In this document: in pieces, positions 16,657 through 24,553 of the stretch
How the letters are laid out: each line of letters starts with the position of its first letter
Numbering within the stretch: position 1 is the stretch's first letter
NCBI GenBank assembly: GCA_041664585.1
Contig: JBAYKL010000004.1
Coordinates: 19,775-83,774, forward strand
From: Minisyncoccota bacterium
GTDB taxonomy: Bacteria; Patescibacteriota; Minisyncoccia; Phycocordibacterales; GWA1-40-21
Direction: 5' to 3'
DNA length: 64,000 nucleotides
Program-made: the position numbers and the translations under genes
Notes under the pieces: generated by a model
The model's database searches: none
Told to the model about the DNA's origin: nothing
Seen by the model: only the letters and a program-made list of their open reading frames with translations

Positions 16657-18891
16657 ATGAAATTCAAACAATTTCTAATTTCTGCTGGTATTGTTCTAAT
16701 ATCCATTTTTGTCATTGTCGGTATTGTTTCTGCCACTCACAATCTATATTCTTCCAAACAAACATCAGAATCTACTTTCCACTCTCTAAATGATATATAC
16801 AATCTAATAATGTCAGGAACAGAGAAGGCAACTCCCGATAGCCTAACCTCCACATCTGTTTCTCCCACAGCAACCACCTCACATTCCATAGGAGAGATCT
16901 ACACCATATTAGCTAATATAAAGGTAAACAAAGCTACTTCTACATACAGCTCACTTACTCCAACATCTGCACCAGGAGGTACAGGTTATACCCTAGAAGA
17001 CATATGGAATTTAATAAACAACTCTACATATGCTGCAGAAGGTAATCATGATATTACAAAAGCAACTACTCCTTCTGCTTCTATGCATACTACCTCAGAC
17101 ATATATACATATTTAAATGATACATTTAAGGTAAATCTTGCATTGAATAAGGTAAGAAGTGGAGCATACTATTTTGGTAACTCAAACCCTGGTACCTTTG
17201 TCATAGCTAATCTCGGTGAATACTGTGAGGCTAATGATGAGTGTAATACAAACTACTGTGGGGATGATAGTTGGTATGGCTGGCAGACTGGGACTACGCA
17301 ATGTACTACAGGGGAAATCGGATCAGTTTGTAATAATGCGAATCAGTGTTCTACAAATATTTGTGGTTATGGGCAATGTTCTGATGGTGCTGTGGGGAGG
17401 GGGTGTGATAGTGATAGTCAGTGTACATTAGGGCATTGTGATACAGCGGTTACAGGTTCTTGCACAGATGGAAATATTGGTTCAGATTGTGACTCTAATG
17501 CAGATTGTTCTACAGGATTATATTGTGGGGATACACAATGGATGTATAGTTCACCAGCGTGTACCGACGGTTCCGCAGGTCAATACTGTGGAGGACCAGA
17601 TTCATGTGCTCCAGGGAATTATTGTAATTATAATGATTATACTTGTACTGCTACTGATGGGGAAATAGGGTCAGGGTGTGGACAGAATTCTGATTGCGGC
17701 TCTGGATATTGTGATCAGTATAATAGTTATACTTGTACTAACGGAGGAGTTGGAGTTGGTTGCAGTGCTGGTAATCAATGCTCCTCAGGGTATTGTAATA
17801 CTGATTTCAATGAATGTTCTACCGGACAAATAGGTGCACCTTGTGGAGCGACTGGAGACTGTATATCTACTTACTGTGGATATGATTTCAGTCAAGCTTC
17901 TTCTTTCTGTACTAACGGAGGTATTGGAGAAGGTTGTAGTTATAATGCAGCTTGTGTTTCTGGATATTGTGACGTCTTTAATTCCCAATGTTCTGATGGA
18001 AGTATAGGGTCTGGGTGTACGAATAATAATCAGTGCTCTTCAAACCTATGTAGTTCTGTGGTCAATGAATGTATTAGTGGAGATATTGGTTCTTCTTGTA
18101 CTGTTGGGCAGGAATGCGATTCAACCTATTGTGATACCTTTAATGGTATATGTAAGACTGATGGGGCTATTGGAAGTGCCTGCGGATTACATTCTGAATG
18201 TGATTCTGAATTCTGCTCAAGTAATGTTTGTACTGCAGCAACTCTAACATCTAGACTTTCCGCCTATTGGAATTTTAATGAAACTTCTGGAACAGCAGCT
18301 AGCGATTCTTCTGGGAATGGAAAGGTTGGAGTTCTTGTAAGCGGCGTATTAGTAAATCAAACTGGTAAGTTGGGGACAGGTTTCAGATTTGATGGGACAA
18401 ATGACGTCGTCACAGTAAACAACATTGACATTAAAGATTCCTCATTTACATTTTCTGTCTGGGTTGCGAATACAAAGGCTGGTAATAGCTCTCCATTTTC
18501 TATGGGCTCTTCTGGCACCACGAATGGTTATCTATGGATAAGAAAAGTTACTACTACTAATAAAGTGGGATTTGGTTTCCATAATTATGGAACTTATGTA
18601 AATAGTAATAATAGTATGAGTACTAATGGTACTTGGGAGCACTGGGTCTTTGTGTATAAGCTTGGAGTAGGTAAAAAAATATATAAGAACGGTGTTCTTG
18701 ATATAACTGATTCTAATACACAAGCATTCAAATACCCAAGTGGGCAATTAAGAATAGGACATTCTTTTGATGCTGGACAATATCTTGGTGGAACAATGGA
18801 CGAAATCGGATTATGGAACCGCGCACTTACTGCAGACGAAGTCACTCAACTCTATAATGGAGGTGCTGGACTTGGTTACTCATCTTTCTAA
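16657..18891 (+). CDS. Large secreted surface protein, paralog 1. Domain order: signal peptide, three S/T-rich approx 40-aa repeats, about 11 tandem 4-Cys repeats (C-x-DG-x-IGS-x-C...C-S-G-x-C), C-terminal LamG/ConA-like lectin domain.
   Basis: 744 aa; repeat periodicity read from the translation; LamG_3-like motifs (LSAYWNFNETSG...GLWNRALTADEV). Confidence 0.7.
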   Translation: MKFKQFLISAGIVLISIFVIVGIVSATHNLYSSKQTSESTFHSLNDIYNLIMSGTEKATPDSLTSTSVSPTATTSHSIGEIYTILANIKVNKATSTYSSLTPTSAPGGTGYTLEDIWNLINNSTYAAEGNHDITKATTPSASMHTTSDIYTYLNDTFKVNLALNKVRSGAYYFGNSNPGTFVIANLGEYCEANDECNTNYCGDDSWYGWQTGTTQCTTGEIGSVCNNANQCSTNICGYGQCSDGAVGRGCDSDSQCTLGHCDTAVTGSCTDGNIGSDCDSNADCSTGLYCGDTQWMYSSPACTDGSAGQYCGGPDSCAPGNYCNYNDYTCTATDGEIGSGCGQNSDCGSGYCDQYNSYTCTNGGVGVGCSAGNQCSSGYCNTDFNECSTGQIGAPCGATGDCISTYCGYDFSQASSFCTNGGIGEGCSYNAACVSGYCDVFNSQCSDGSIGSGCTNNNQCSSNLCSSVVNECISGDIGSSCTVGQECDSTYCDTFNGICKTDGAIGSACGLHSECDSEFCSSNVCTAATLTSRLSAYWNFNETSGTAASDSSGNGKVGVLVSGVLVNQTGKLGTGFRFDGTNDVVTVNNIDIKDSSFTFSVWVANTKAGNSSPFSMGSSGTTNGYLWIRKVTTTNKVGFGFHNYGTYVNSNNSMSTNGTWEHWVFVYKLGVGKKIYKNGVLDITDSNTQAFKYPSGQLRIGHSFDAGQYLGGTMDEIGLWNRALTADEVTQLYNGGAGLGYSSF

Positions 18892-18900
18892 AATAAACAA

Positions 18901-18928
18901 AAAACGGCCAGAAAATGGCCGTTTTTTC
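18901..18928 (+). terminator. Terminator aaaacggccagaaaatggccgtttttt.
   Basis: 7-bp stem plus T-run. Confidence 0.7.
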
Positions 18929-18954
18929 TTTGTAAAAAATGCTATAATTACTCC

Positions 18955-21330
18955 ATGGAAAAGAAAAAAACACTTGTACTGCTTGATGTTCATGCAATTG
19001 TTCATCGTGCATATCATGCACTTCCAGATTTTGCTACAAGTAGTGGAGAGCCAACAGGTGCACTATACGGACTTTCCACAATGCTATTAAAAATTATCTC
19101 TGATTTAAAACCGGATTATATTATTGCATGTTACGATTTACCAAAACCAACTTACAGACATGAAGCTTACAAAGAATATAAGGCGGGGAGAGCAAAGTCC
19201 GATGACGAACTTGTTTCTCAATTAAAAAAGTCTTACGAAATATTCAAGGCTTTTAATATTCCTGTATATTCCAAAGAAGGTTTTGAAGCAGATGATATGA
19301 TCGGAACTATAGTAGAGAATAATAAAAAAGAGAAAAATATAAATATAGTGATTGCTTCTGGAGACATGGATACTCTTCAGCTTGTAGAAGGGGACAAGGT
19401 GAGAGTATATACTTTGAAGAAGGGAATTAAAGATACAATTATTTATAACGAAGAAGCTGTAAAAGAAAGATTTGGTTTTGGTCCAGAACTCCTACCAGAT
19501 TACAAAGGCCTTCGTGGAGATCCGTCCGATAACATTATTGGTATAAAAGGGATTGGGGAAAAAACTGCCACAGATTTAATAATAAATTTTGGTTCCATAG
19601 AAAATATTTATAAAGCGATCAAGAAGGATAAGAATAAACTTTTAGAAGCCGGAATAAAAACAAGAATTATAGATTTACTTGTAGAAGGGGAGGAAGAAGC
19701 AAATTTTTCAAAAATGTTGGGGACAATAAGGCGTGATGCACCAATAGATTTTGCGCTACCAGAAAAAGAATGGAAAGAAGATATAAATATAGAAAACATA
19801 AGTAATTTGTGGTCATCTCTTGAATTCAGAACTCTTGGCGCAAGACTGAAAGATGTTTTGATAAATAAAATGAAAAAGGAAGGTGTAGTTGAAGAAGAAA
19901 AAATCAGTATAAAAGAAACCGATACTAACACTGAAGAAATAAAAGAACTTTCTATAATCCTTTGGCTTATAAATTCCAACATCACAACCCCTACGTTAGA
20001 AGATATTTTTAATTTCACTAGAACAAAATCTTTAGAAGACGCAAAAAAAGTTTTGTATGAAGAATTAGAAAAAAGAAATCTCGGAAAAGTATGGAACGAT
20101 ATAGAGAAACCTATTTTACCTATTGTTATCCAAATGCAAAATAAAGGCGTAAAGATTAATAAAGAAGAATTACAAAAACTTTCAGTAAAATATCATGAAA
20201 GCTTGGATAAATTGCAAAGCAAAATATGGGAATATGCCGGACAGGAGTTTAACGTAAACTCTCCTAAACAGCTTGGTGAAATTCTTTTTGTGAAGCTTGA
20301 ACTTAAGCCTAAGAATCAGAAAAAGACAGGCGCAGGGGCACTTTCTACGAAAGAATCAGAGCTTGAAAAGATGAGAGATATGCACCCCATAATCCCTTTA
20401 ATTTTTGAGTACAGAGAATTACAGAAGTTACTTTCTACCTACATAGATGTTATTCCTACACTTTTAGATGATAACAATAGACTTCATGCAAAATTCTTGC
20501 AGGCGGGAACCACCACAGGACGTATGGCTTCTTCAGAACCAAATTTGCAGAATATTCCAAATGGTAGTGAGCTTGGGAGGAATATAAGAAAAGCTTTTAT
20601 AACAGAGAAAGGTTATAAGCTAGTGGCTTTTGATTATTCTCAGGTTGAGCTTAGGATTGCAGCTTTTCTTTCAAAGGATAAAACACTGTTAGAAATCTTT
20701 AGAAAGGGAGAAGATGTACATACTGCTGTTGCAGCAAAAGTTTTTAATGTTTCTCTTGAAGATGTAGATAAAGAAATGAGAAGAAAAGCTAAGGTGATTA
20801 ACTTTGGAATCATATATGGTATGGGAGTGAATGCTTTGAAAACAAATCTTGGTACAAGTAGGGAAGAGGCTCAGCTTTTCTATAATGAATACTTTAGAAA
20901 TTTTGATGGTTTGGCTAAATATTTAGAGAATGTAAAGATTGATGCTGAGAGACTTGGATATACAGAAACTTTTTTTGGTAGAAGAAGATATTTTGAAGGA
21001 TTAAGATCTAAAGTTCCTTTTATTAAAGCGATGGCTGAAAGAATGGCGATAAATGCACCGATACAGGGAACAGAAGCAGATGTTGTGAAGATCGCTATGG
21101 CTAAAGTAAATGATTATTTAGAAAAGGAAAGGTTAAAAGAAAAAGTTTCTCTTATCCTCCAAGTACACGATGAACTTGTTTATGAAATAGAAGATAGTTT
21201 AGTAGAAAAAGTCGCACCGAAAATAAAAGAAATAATGGAGACGCTAGTTTCTCCAAAAGAAACAGAAGGCGTTGCTTTAAAGGTTGGCGTGTCAGTAGGG
21301 GATGATTGGAAGAGCATGAAGGGAATATAA
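18955..21330 (+). CDS. polA: DNA polymerase I (5'-3' exonuclease + polymerase; apparently lacking a functional 3'-5' exonuclease domain, Taq-like length).
   Basis: 791 aa; motif B RRKAKVINFGIIYG; motif C QVHDELVYE; extended -10 TGCTATAAT sits 6 nt before the ATG, so the mRNA is leaderless. Confidence 0.9.
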   Translation: MEKKKTLVLLDVHAIVHRAYHALPDFATSSGEPTGALYGLSTMLLKIISDLKPDYIIACYDLPKPTYRHEAYKEYKAGRAKSDDELVSQLKKSYEIFKAFNIPVYSKEGFEADDMIGTIVENNKKEKNINIVIASGDMDTLQLVEGDKVRVYTLKKGIKDTIIYNEEAVKERFGFGPELLPDYKGLRGDPSDNIIGIKGIGEKTATDLIINFGSIENIYKAIKKDKNKLLEAGIKTRIIDLLVEGEEEANFSKMLGTIRRDAPIDFALPEKEWKEDINIENISNLWSSLEFRTLGARLKDVLINKMKKEGVVEEEKISIKETDTNTEEIKELSIILWLINSNITTPTLEDIFNFTRTKSLEDAKKVLYEELEKRNLGKVWNDIEKPILPIVIQMQNKGVKINKEELQKLSVKYHESLDKLQSKIWEYAGQEFNVNSPKQLGEILFVKLELKPKNQKKTGAGALSTKESELEKMRDMHPIIPLIFEYRELQKLLSTYIDVIPTLLDDNNRLHAKFLQAGTTTGRMASSEPNLQNIPNGSELGRNIRKAFITEKGYKLVAFDYSQVELRIAAFLSKDKTLLEIFRKGEDVHTAVAAKVFNVSLEDVDKEMRRKAKVINFGIIYGMGVNALKTNLGTSREEAQLFYNEYFRNFDGLAKYLENVKIDAERLGYTETFFGRRRYFEGLRSKVPFIKAMAERMAINAPIQGTEADVVKIAMAKVNDYLEKERLKEKVSLILQVHDELVYEIEDSLVEKVAPKIKEIMETLVSPKETEGVALKVGVSVGDDWKSMKGI

Positions 21331-21359
21331 AAAGAGGTTCGCGAAGCGAACCTCTTTTT
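21330..21359. terminator. Bidirectional terminator aagaggttcgcgaagcgaacctcttttt between polA (+) and tig (-).
   Basis: 11-bp stem with A/T flanks; nearly identical to the hairpin at 62714. Confidence 0.75.
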
Positions 21360-21360
21360 G

Positions 21361-22419
21361 TTATTTCTGTTCTTCTAAAAATTTCCAAACTTTTTCATTA
21401 ACTAACTGCATTTCTACATATGCTCTTGTTCTCTCTGGGTCAGCGCCTTTGTAATATTCAATAAGTTTAGCTGTTTCTTTTTCTATTTCTTCTTTATCTG
21501 CTTCTAATTTTTCTTCAATAGCTATCTTTTGTAATATTATTTGAAGTTTTGCTCTCTTCTCTGCATCTGGAATCCATTCTTTCTTTAAATCCTCAATTGA
21601 TTTTTTAATGTGTTTTAAGTAGTCCTCTAATTTCAAACCCATTCTAGCTATATCATCTGCAAATTGAGCTTCCATTTTCATGATCTCATTTTCTACAAGA
21701 GTTTTTGGCATTTCAATCTTAGAATCTTCAATAATATTTTCTATTATTGTAAGTTTGTTTTTATCTTTTGCTTTGAATTCTTTTTCCTTAGAGATATTTT
21801 CTTTTAACTTTGTCTTGAAATCAGCTACATCTGTAAATTCACCAAGTTTCTTTACAAATTCATCACTTACTTCTGGTAGGGGAATCTCCTCACCTTCTTT
21901 ATGGGTTTCACCTGGAGCATGAGTATGGTTTTGTTGTGCATACATCTTTCTGATTTCTTCAATCGTGTCTTCTACTTGTTTATCAGAAACTTCTTCCACT
22001 TTTAATTCTTTAGAATTTTCTTTTTTAGCTATTTTTTTATAGTCGGCAAGTTTTACTTCTGGCATTGTTGTAATAACAATCTTAAATTCTATTGGAGCGC
22101 CAATAGCTATTTTAGATATAGATATATTTGGTCTACCCAAGAAGTTTATTTTAGCTTCTGCTATTATTTCTATAGCACAATCATTTATTGCAAGTTCAGA
22201 AGCATCCTCAATTAATCCAAGTTCACCAATTTTTTCTTTGAGCATATTTTCAGGAACTTTTCCTTTTCTAAAGCCTGGCATTTCAGCAACAGTCTGAAAA
22301 TCTTTTAAGGCTTTTACTTTATATGATTCAAGGTCTCCTTGTTCTATTTCCGCTGTAATTTCTACTTCGCAGTCAGGAAGCTTTTTTGTATCTTTTATCT
22401 TATATATTTTGTTTTTCAT
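21361..22419 (-). CDS. tig: Trigger factor (short form).
   Basis: 352 aa; ribosome-binding GFRKGKVP signature. Confidence 0.8.
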   Translation of the reverse strand: MKNKIYKIKDTKKLPDCEVEITAEIEQGDLESYKVKALKDFQTVAEMPGFRKGKVPENMLKEKIGELGLIEDASELAINDCAIEIIAEAKINFLGRPNISISKIAIGAPIEFKIVITTMPEVKLADYKKIAKKENSKELKVEEVSDKQVEDTIEEIRKMYAQQNHTHAPGETHKEGEEIPLPEVSDEFVKKLGEFTDVADFKTKLKENISKEKEFKAKDKNKLTIIENIIEDSKIEMPKTLVENEIMKMEAQFADDIARMGLKLEDYLKHIKKSIEDLKKEWIPDAEKRAKLQIILQKIAIEEKLEADKEEIEKETAKLIEYYKGADPERTRAYVEMQLVNEKVWKFLEEQK

Positions 22420-22488
22420 ATAAAATGCAGTTTATACGAAAAAGGGGAAAAATGCAAAAGGATGAACATTTCGTGTTCATCCTTTTGT

Positions 22489-22698
22489 TTATTGTATTGT
22501 TGATGTAGAAACTTCTTTTATAATCTCTCCTTCATTGACTGTTGCTGTCTGTCTTGCTGAATCTAACAAGGCCTGGAAACTTTTTTGTCTCTCGATACCT
22601 TTTTGATAGAAATAATAGGCTCCGGCTAAAAGAATAATAACAACTATAATTGCTCCAATCATCGTTCCTATGCTATTAGATCCTTTAGAGTTATCCAT
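22489..22698 (-). CDS. Small single-TM membrane protein (69 aa).
   Basis: Hydrophobic core GAIIVVIILLAGAYYFY; terminator downstream. Confidence 0.4.
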   Translation of the reverse strand: MDNSKGSNSIGTMIGAIIVVIILLAGAYYFYQKGIERQKSFQALLDSARQTATVNEGEIIKEVSTSTIQ

Positions 22699-22742
22699 AC
22701 TGAAATTGTATATTTTTTCTAAAAAAAAGCAAACAGAAATTA

Positions 22743-22768
22743 AAAAACCACCGAACGGTGGTTTTTTA
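22743..22768. terminator. Bidirectional terminator aaaaaaccaccgaacggtggtttttt, 3' of nusA.
   Basis: Read directly. Confidence 0.7.
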
Positions 22769-22770
22769 AT

Positions 22771-23976
22771 TTATTTTGTTTCCTTATCTTCCGTAGGTTC
22801 TTCTACGAATTCTCCCTCAACAGCTATTATATCTATCTTCCAACCAGTAAGTTTTGCTGCTAAGCGAACATTTTGTCCACCTTTACCAATAGCTAGTGAT
22901 TGTTGCTCTGCAGCCACTTCAACAACAGCCTTCTTTTCTGTTTCGTCTATTGTTACGCTAAGAGCTTGAGCAGGAGACAAGGCATCTTCTATGAATTTCT
23001 TAGGATCTGCTGACCATTCCATAAGGTCAATCTTTTCTCCACCGAGTTCTGACATAACTGTTGAAACTCTAACACCTCTTTGCCCAACAAGTGAACCAAC
23101 AGGATCAATATGATCGCTTTTTGATACAACGGCAATTTTTGATCTTGATCCAGCTTCTCTTGCGATAGCTTTTATTTCTACTGTTCCGTCATTTAATTCA
23201 GGAGCTTCTGTTTTGAATAATTCTTCCAAGAATTTTGGATGTGATCTTGAGAGTCTCAAGAATATTCCTTTTGGAGTTTCTTCTACTTTGTATAGATATC
23301 CTCTGATTCTTTCTCCAGGATTATATTTTTCTCCAGGGATCTGTTCTTCGAAAGGGAGTACCGCAGTAGCTTTACCCATATCTACGAATACATTTCCTCT
23401 TTCTGTTCTTTGTACTGTACCAGTAATTATTTTTCCTTCCTTTTCTCCGTATTCATTGAATACAGAAACTTTTTCTGCTTCTCTGATTTTTTGTATAATG
23501 ACTTGCTTTGCAGTTTGAGCAGCAATTCTTCCGAAATCACTCTTCTCTTCAAGAGGGAATATAAGCTCATCACCGATTTGTGAATCTCTTTTTATTTTCT
23601 TAGCATCTTCGATGAAGATATGGTGTTCAGGGTTGTAGTAAACTATCTTTTCGCCAGTCTCTTCGTTGATTTCAATTTTCTCTCCATCAAACTTATCGAA
23701 ACCTCTTTCTCTTTTGTAGTCTTTGTTGTCTTCTTTTGGAGCTTCTTCTTTTATAAGAACAGCATCCTTGTCTACGACAAGTTTAACCTGCAAGAATTCA
23801 GCCTTTCCGCTGTTAAGGTCTACTTTTGCTTTTATTATTTGTCCTTTTTTCCCATATTCTTTTTTATAGGCAGTAGCAAGAGACATTTCAATAGCTTCAA
23901 GCATTTTTTCTCTTGGTATTCCTCTTTCTGCTTCCATCTGTTCTATAACAGAATTTATTACTTTTAGGTCTAACAT
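22771..23976 (-). CDS. nusA: Transcription termination/antitermination factor NusA. The start was set at MLDLKV by alignment to NusA N-termini; the upstream extension to 24030 would encode the leader hairpin.
   Basis: NTD, S1, KH1 and KH2 domains; E. coli-like GIPREKM motif 16 aa from the chosen start. Confidence 0.85.
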   Translation of the reverse strand: MLDLKVINSVIEQMEAERGIPREKMLEAIEMSLATAYKKEYGKKGQIIKAKVDLNSGKAEFLQVKLVVDKDAVLIKEEAPKEDNKDYKRERGFDKFDGEKIEINEETGEKIVYYNPEHHIFIEDAKKIKRDSQIGDELIFPLEEKSDFGRIAAQTAKQVIIQKIREAEKVSVFNEYGEKEGKIITGTVQRTERGNVFVDMGKATAVLPFEEQIPGEKYNPGERIRGYLYKVEETPKGIFLRLSRSHPKFLEELFKTEAPELNDGTVEIKAIAREAGSRSKIAVVSKSDHIDPVGSLVGQRGVRVSTVMSELGGEKIDLMEWSADPKKFIEDALSPAQALSVTIDETEKKAVVEVAAEQQSLAIGKGGQNVRLAAKLTGWKIDIIAVEGEFVEEPTEDKETK

Positions 23977-23995
23977 ATTAGTGTTTATTAACTTT

Positions 23996-24030
23996 TCTAA
24001 AAAAACGGGTTCGCCTTTCGGGCGAACCAA
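23996..24030 (-). promoter_or_regulatory. Intrinsic terminator/attenuator hairpin (ggttcgcccgaaaggcgaacc + U7 on the minus strand) in the nusA 5' leader, 30 nt upstream of the nusA start.
   Basis: 9-bp GC-rich stem followed by a U-run oriented with nusA. Confidence 0.45.
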
Positions 24031-24051
24031 TTACTAAACAATAGTATCAAA

Positions 24052-24080
24052 TTGCTATTTTTTGTCAATCGTTTTATAAT
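24052..24080 (+). promoter_or_regulatory. Promoter TTGCTA-17-TATAAT; an ATG lies 6 nt downstream, so the mRNA is leaderless.
   Basis: -35 at 24052-24057, -10 at 24075-24080. Confidence 0.45.
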
Positions 24081-24086
24081 TTGTGC

Positions 24087-24551
24087 ATGAAAAACGCCAC
24101 CCATTTCGATTTTTATAAGAAAAAAAACTTTCTCGTATATTTTTCTTCTTTGATTGTTATATTAATTTTAATTACGATTGTTTATTTCTCCTATTTTCAT
24201 AAAAAGGCAGATGTTGCCCCTGTGTCGCAAATTCAGAGATCTCTTATAGATACAAGGTTCCTCGTTTTATATGGAGAAGTCTCTAAGATAGGAAAAGCTT
24301 TTGTAAATATTGAAATCAGAAAAGATTCTAAACTAACAGACTATGTATTTGATGATGCCGGTAATATTAAAGTAGTAGTAGGACCTAGTTTAATTATAAA
24401 AGGATTCGATGTTGATAAAAAAGTTTATAGAGATTTAAAGATCTCTGATATTAAAATAGGCGATTTTATTACTGTTTATATAGATAATGCAACTTCTTCT
24501 GGATATAAGGCGATGGGCATAAAAGTTTTTAGTGAAAATATTATCAAATAA
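24087..24551 (+). CDS. Hypothetical membrane-anchored protein (N-terminal TM, approx 110-aa extracytoplasmic domain) immediately upstream of the giant surface protein.
   Basis: ORF; TM helix LVYFSSLIVILILITIVYFSYF. Confidence 0.45.
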   Translation: MKNATHFDFYKKKNFLVYFSSLIVILILITIVYFSYFHKKADVAPVSQIQRSLIDTRFLVLYGEVSKIGKAFVNIEIRKDSKLTDYVFDDAGNIKVVVGPSLIIKGFDVDKKVYRDLKISDIKIGDFITVYIDNATSSGYKAMGIKVFSENIIK

Positions 24552-24553
24552 AT

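Noticed and set aside
24030-24030. Longer NusA start (MVRPKGEPVF...) proposed by the ORF track.
   Set aside because: The extension is encoded by a perfect GC hairpin plus U-run and has no counterpart in NusA alignments. The downstream Met aligns with canonical NusA N-termini. The long form is retained only as an alternative.
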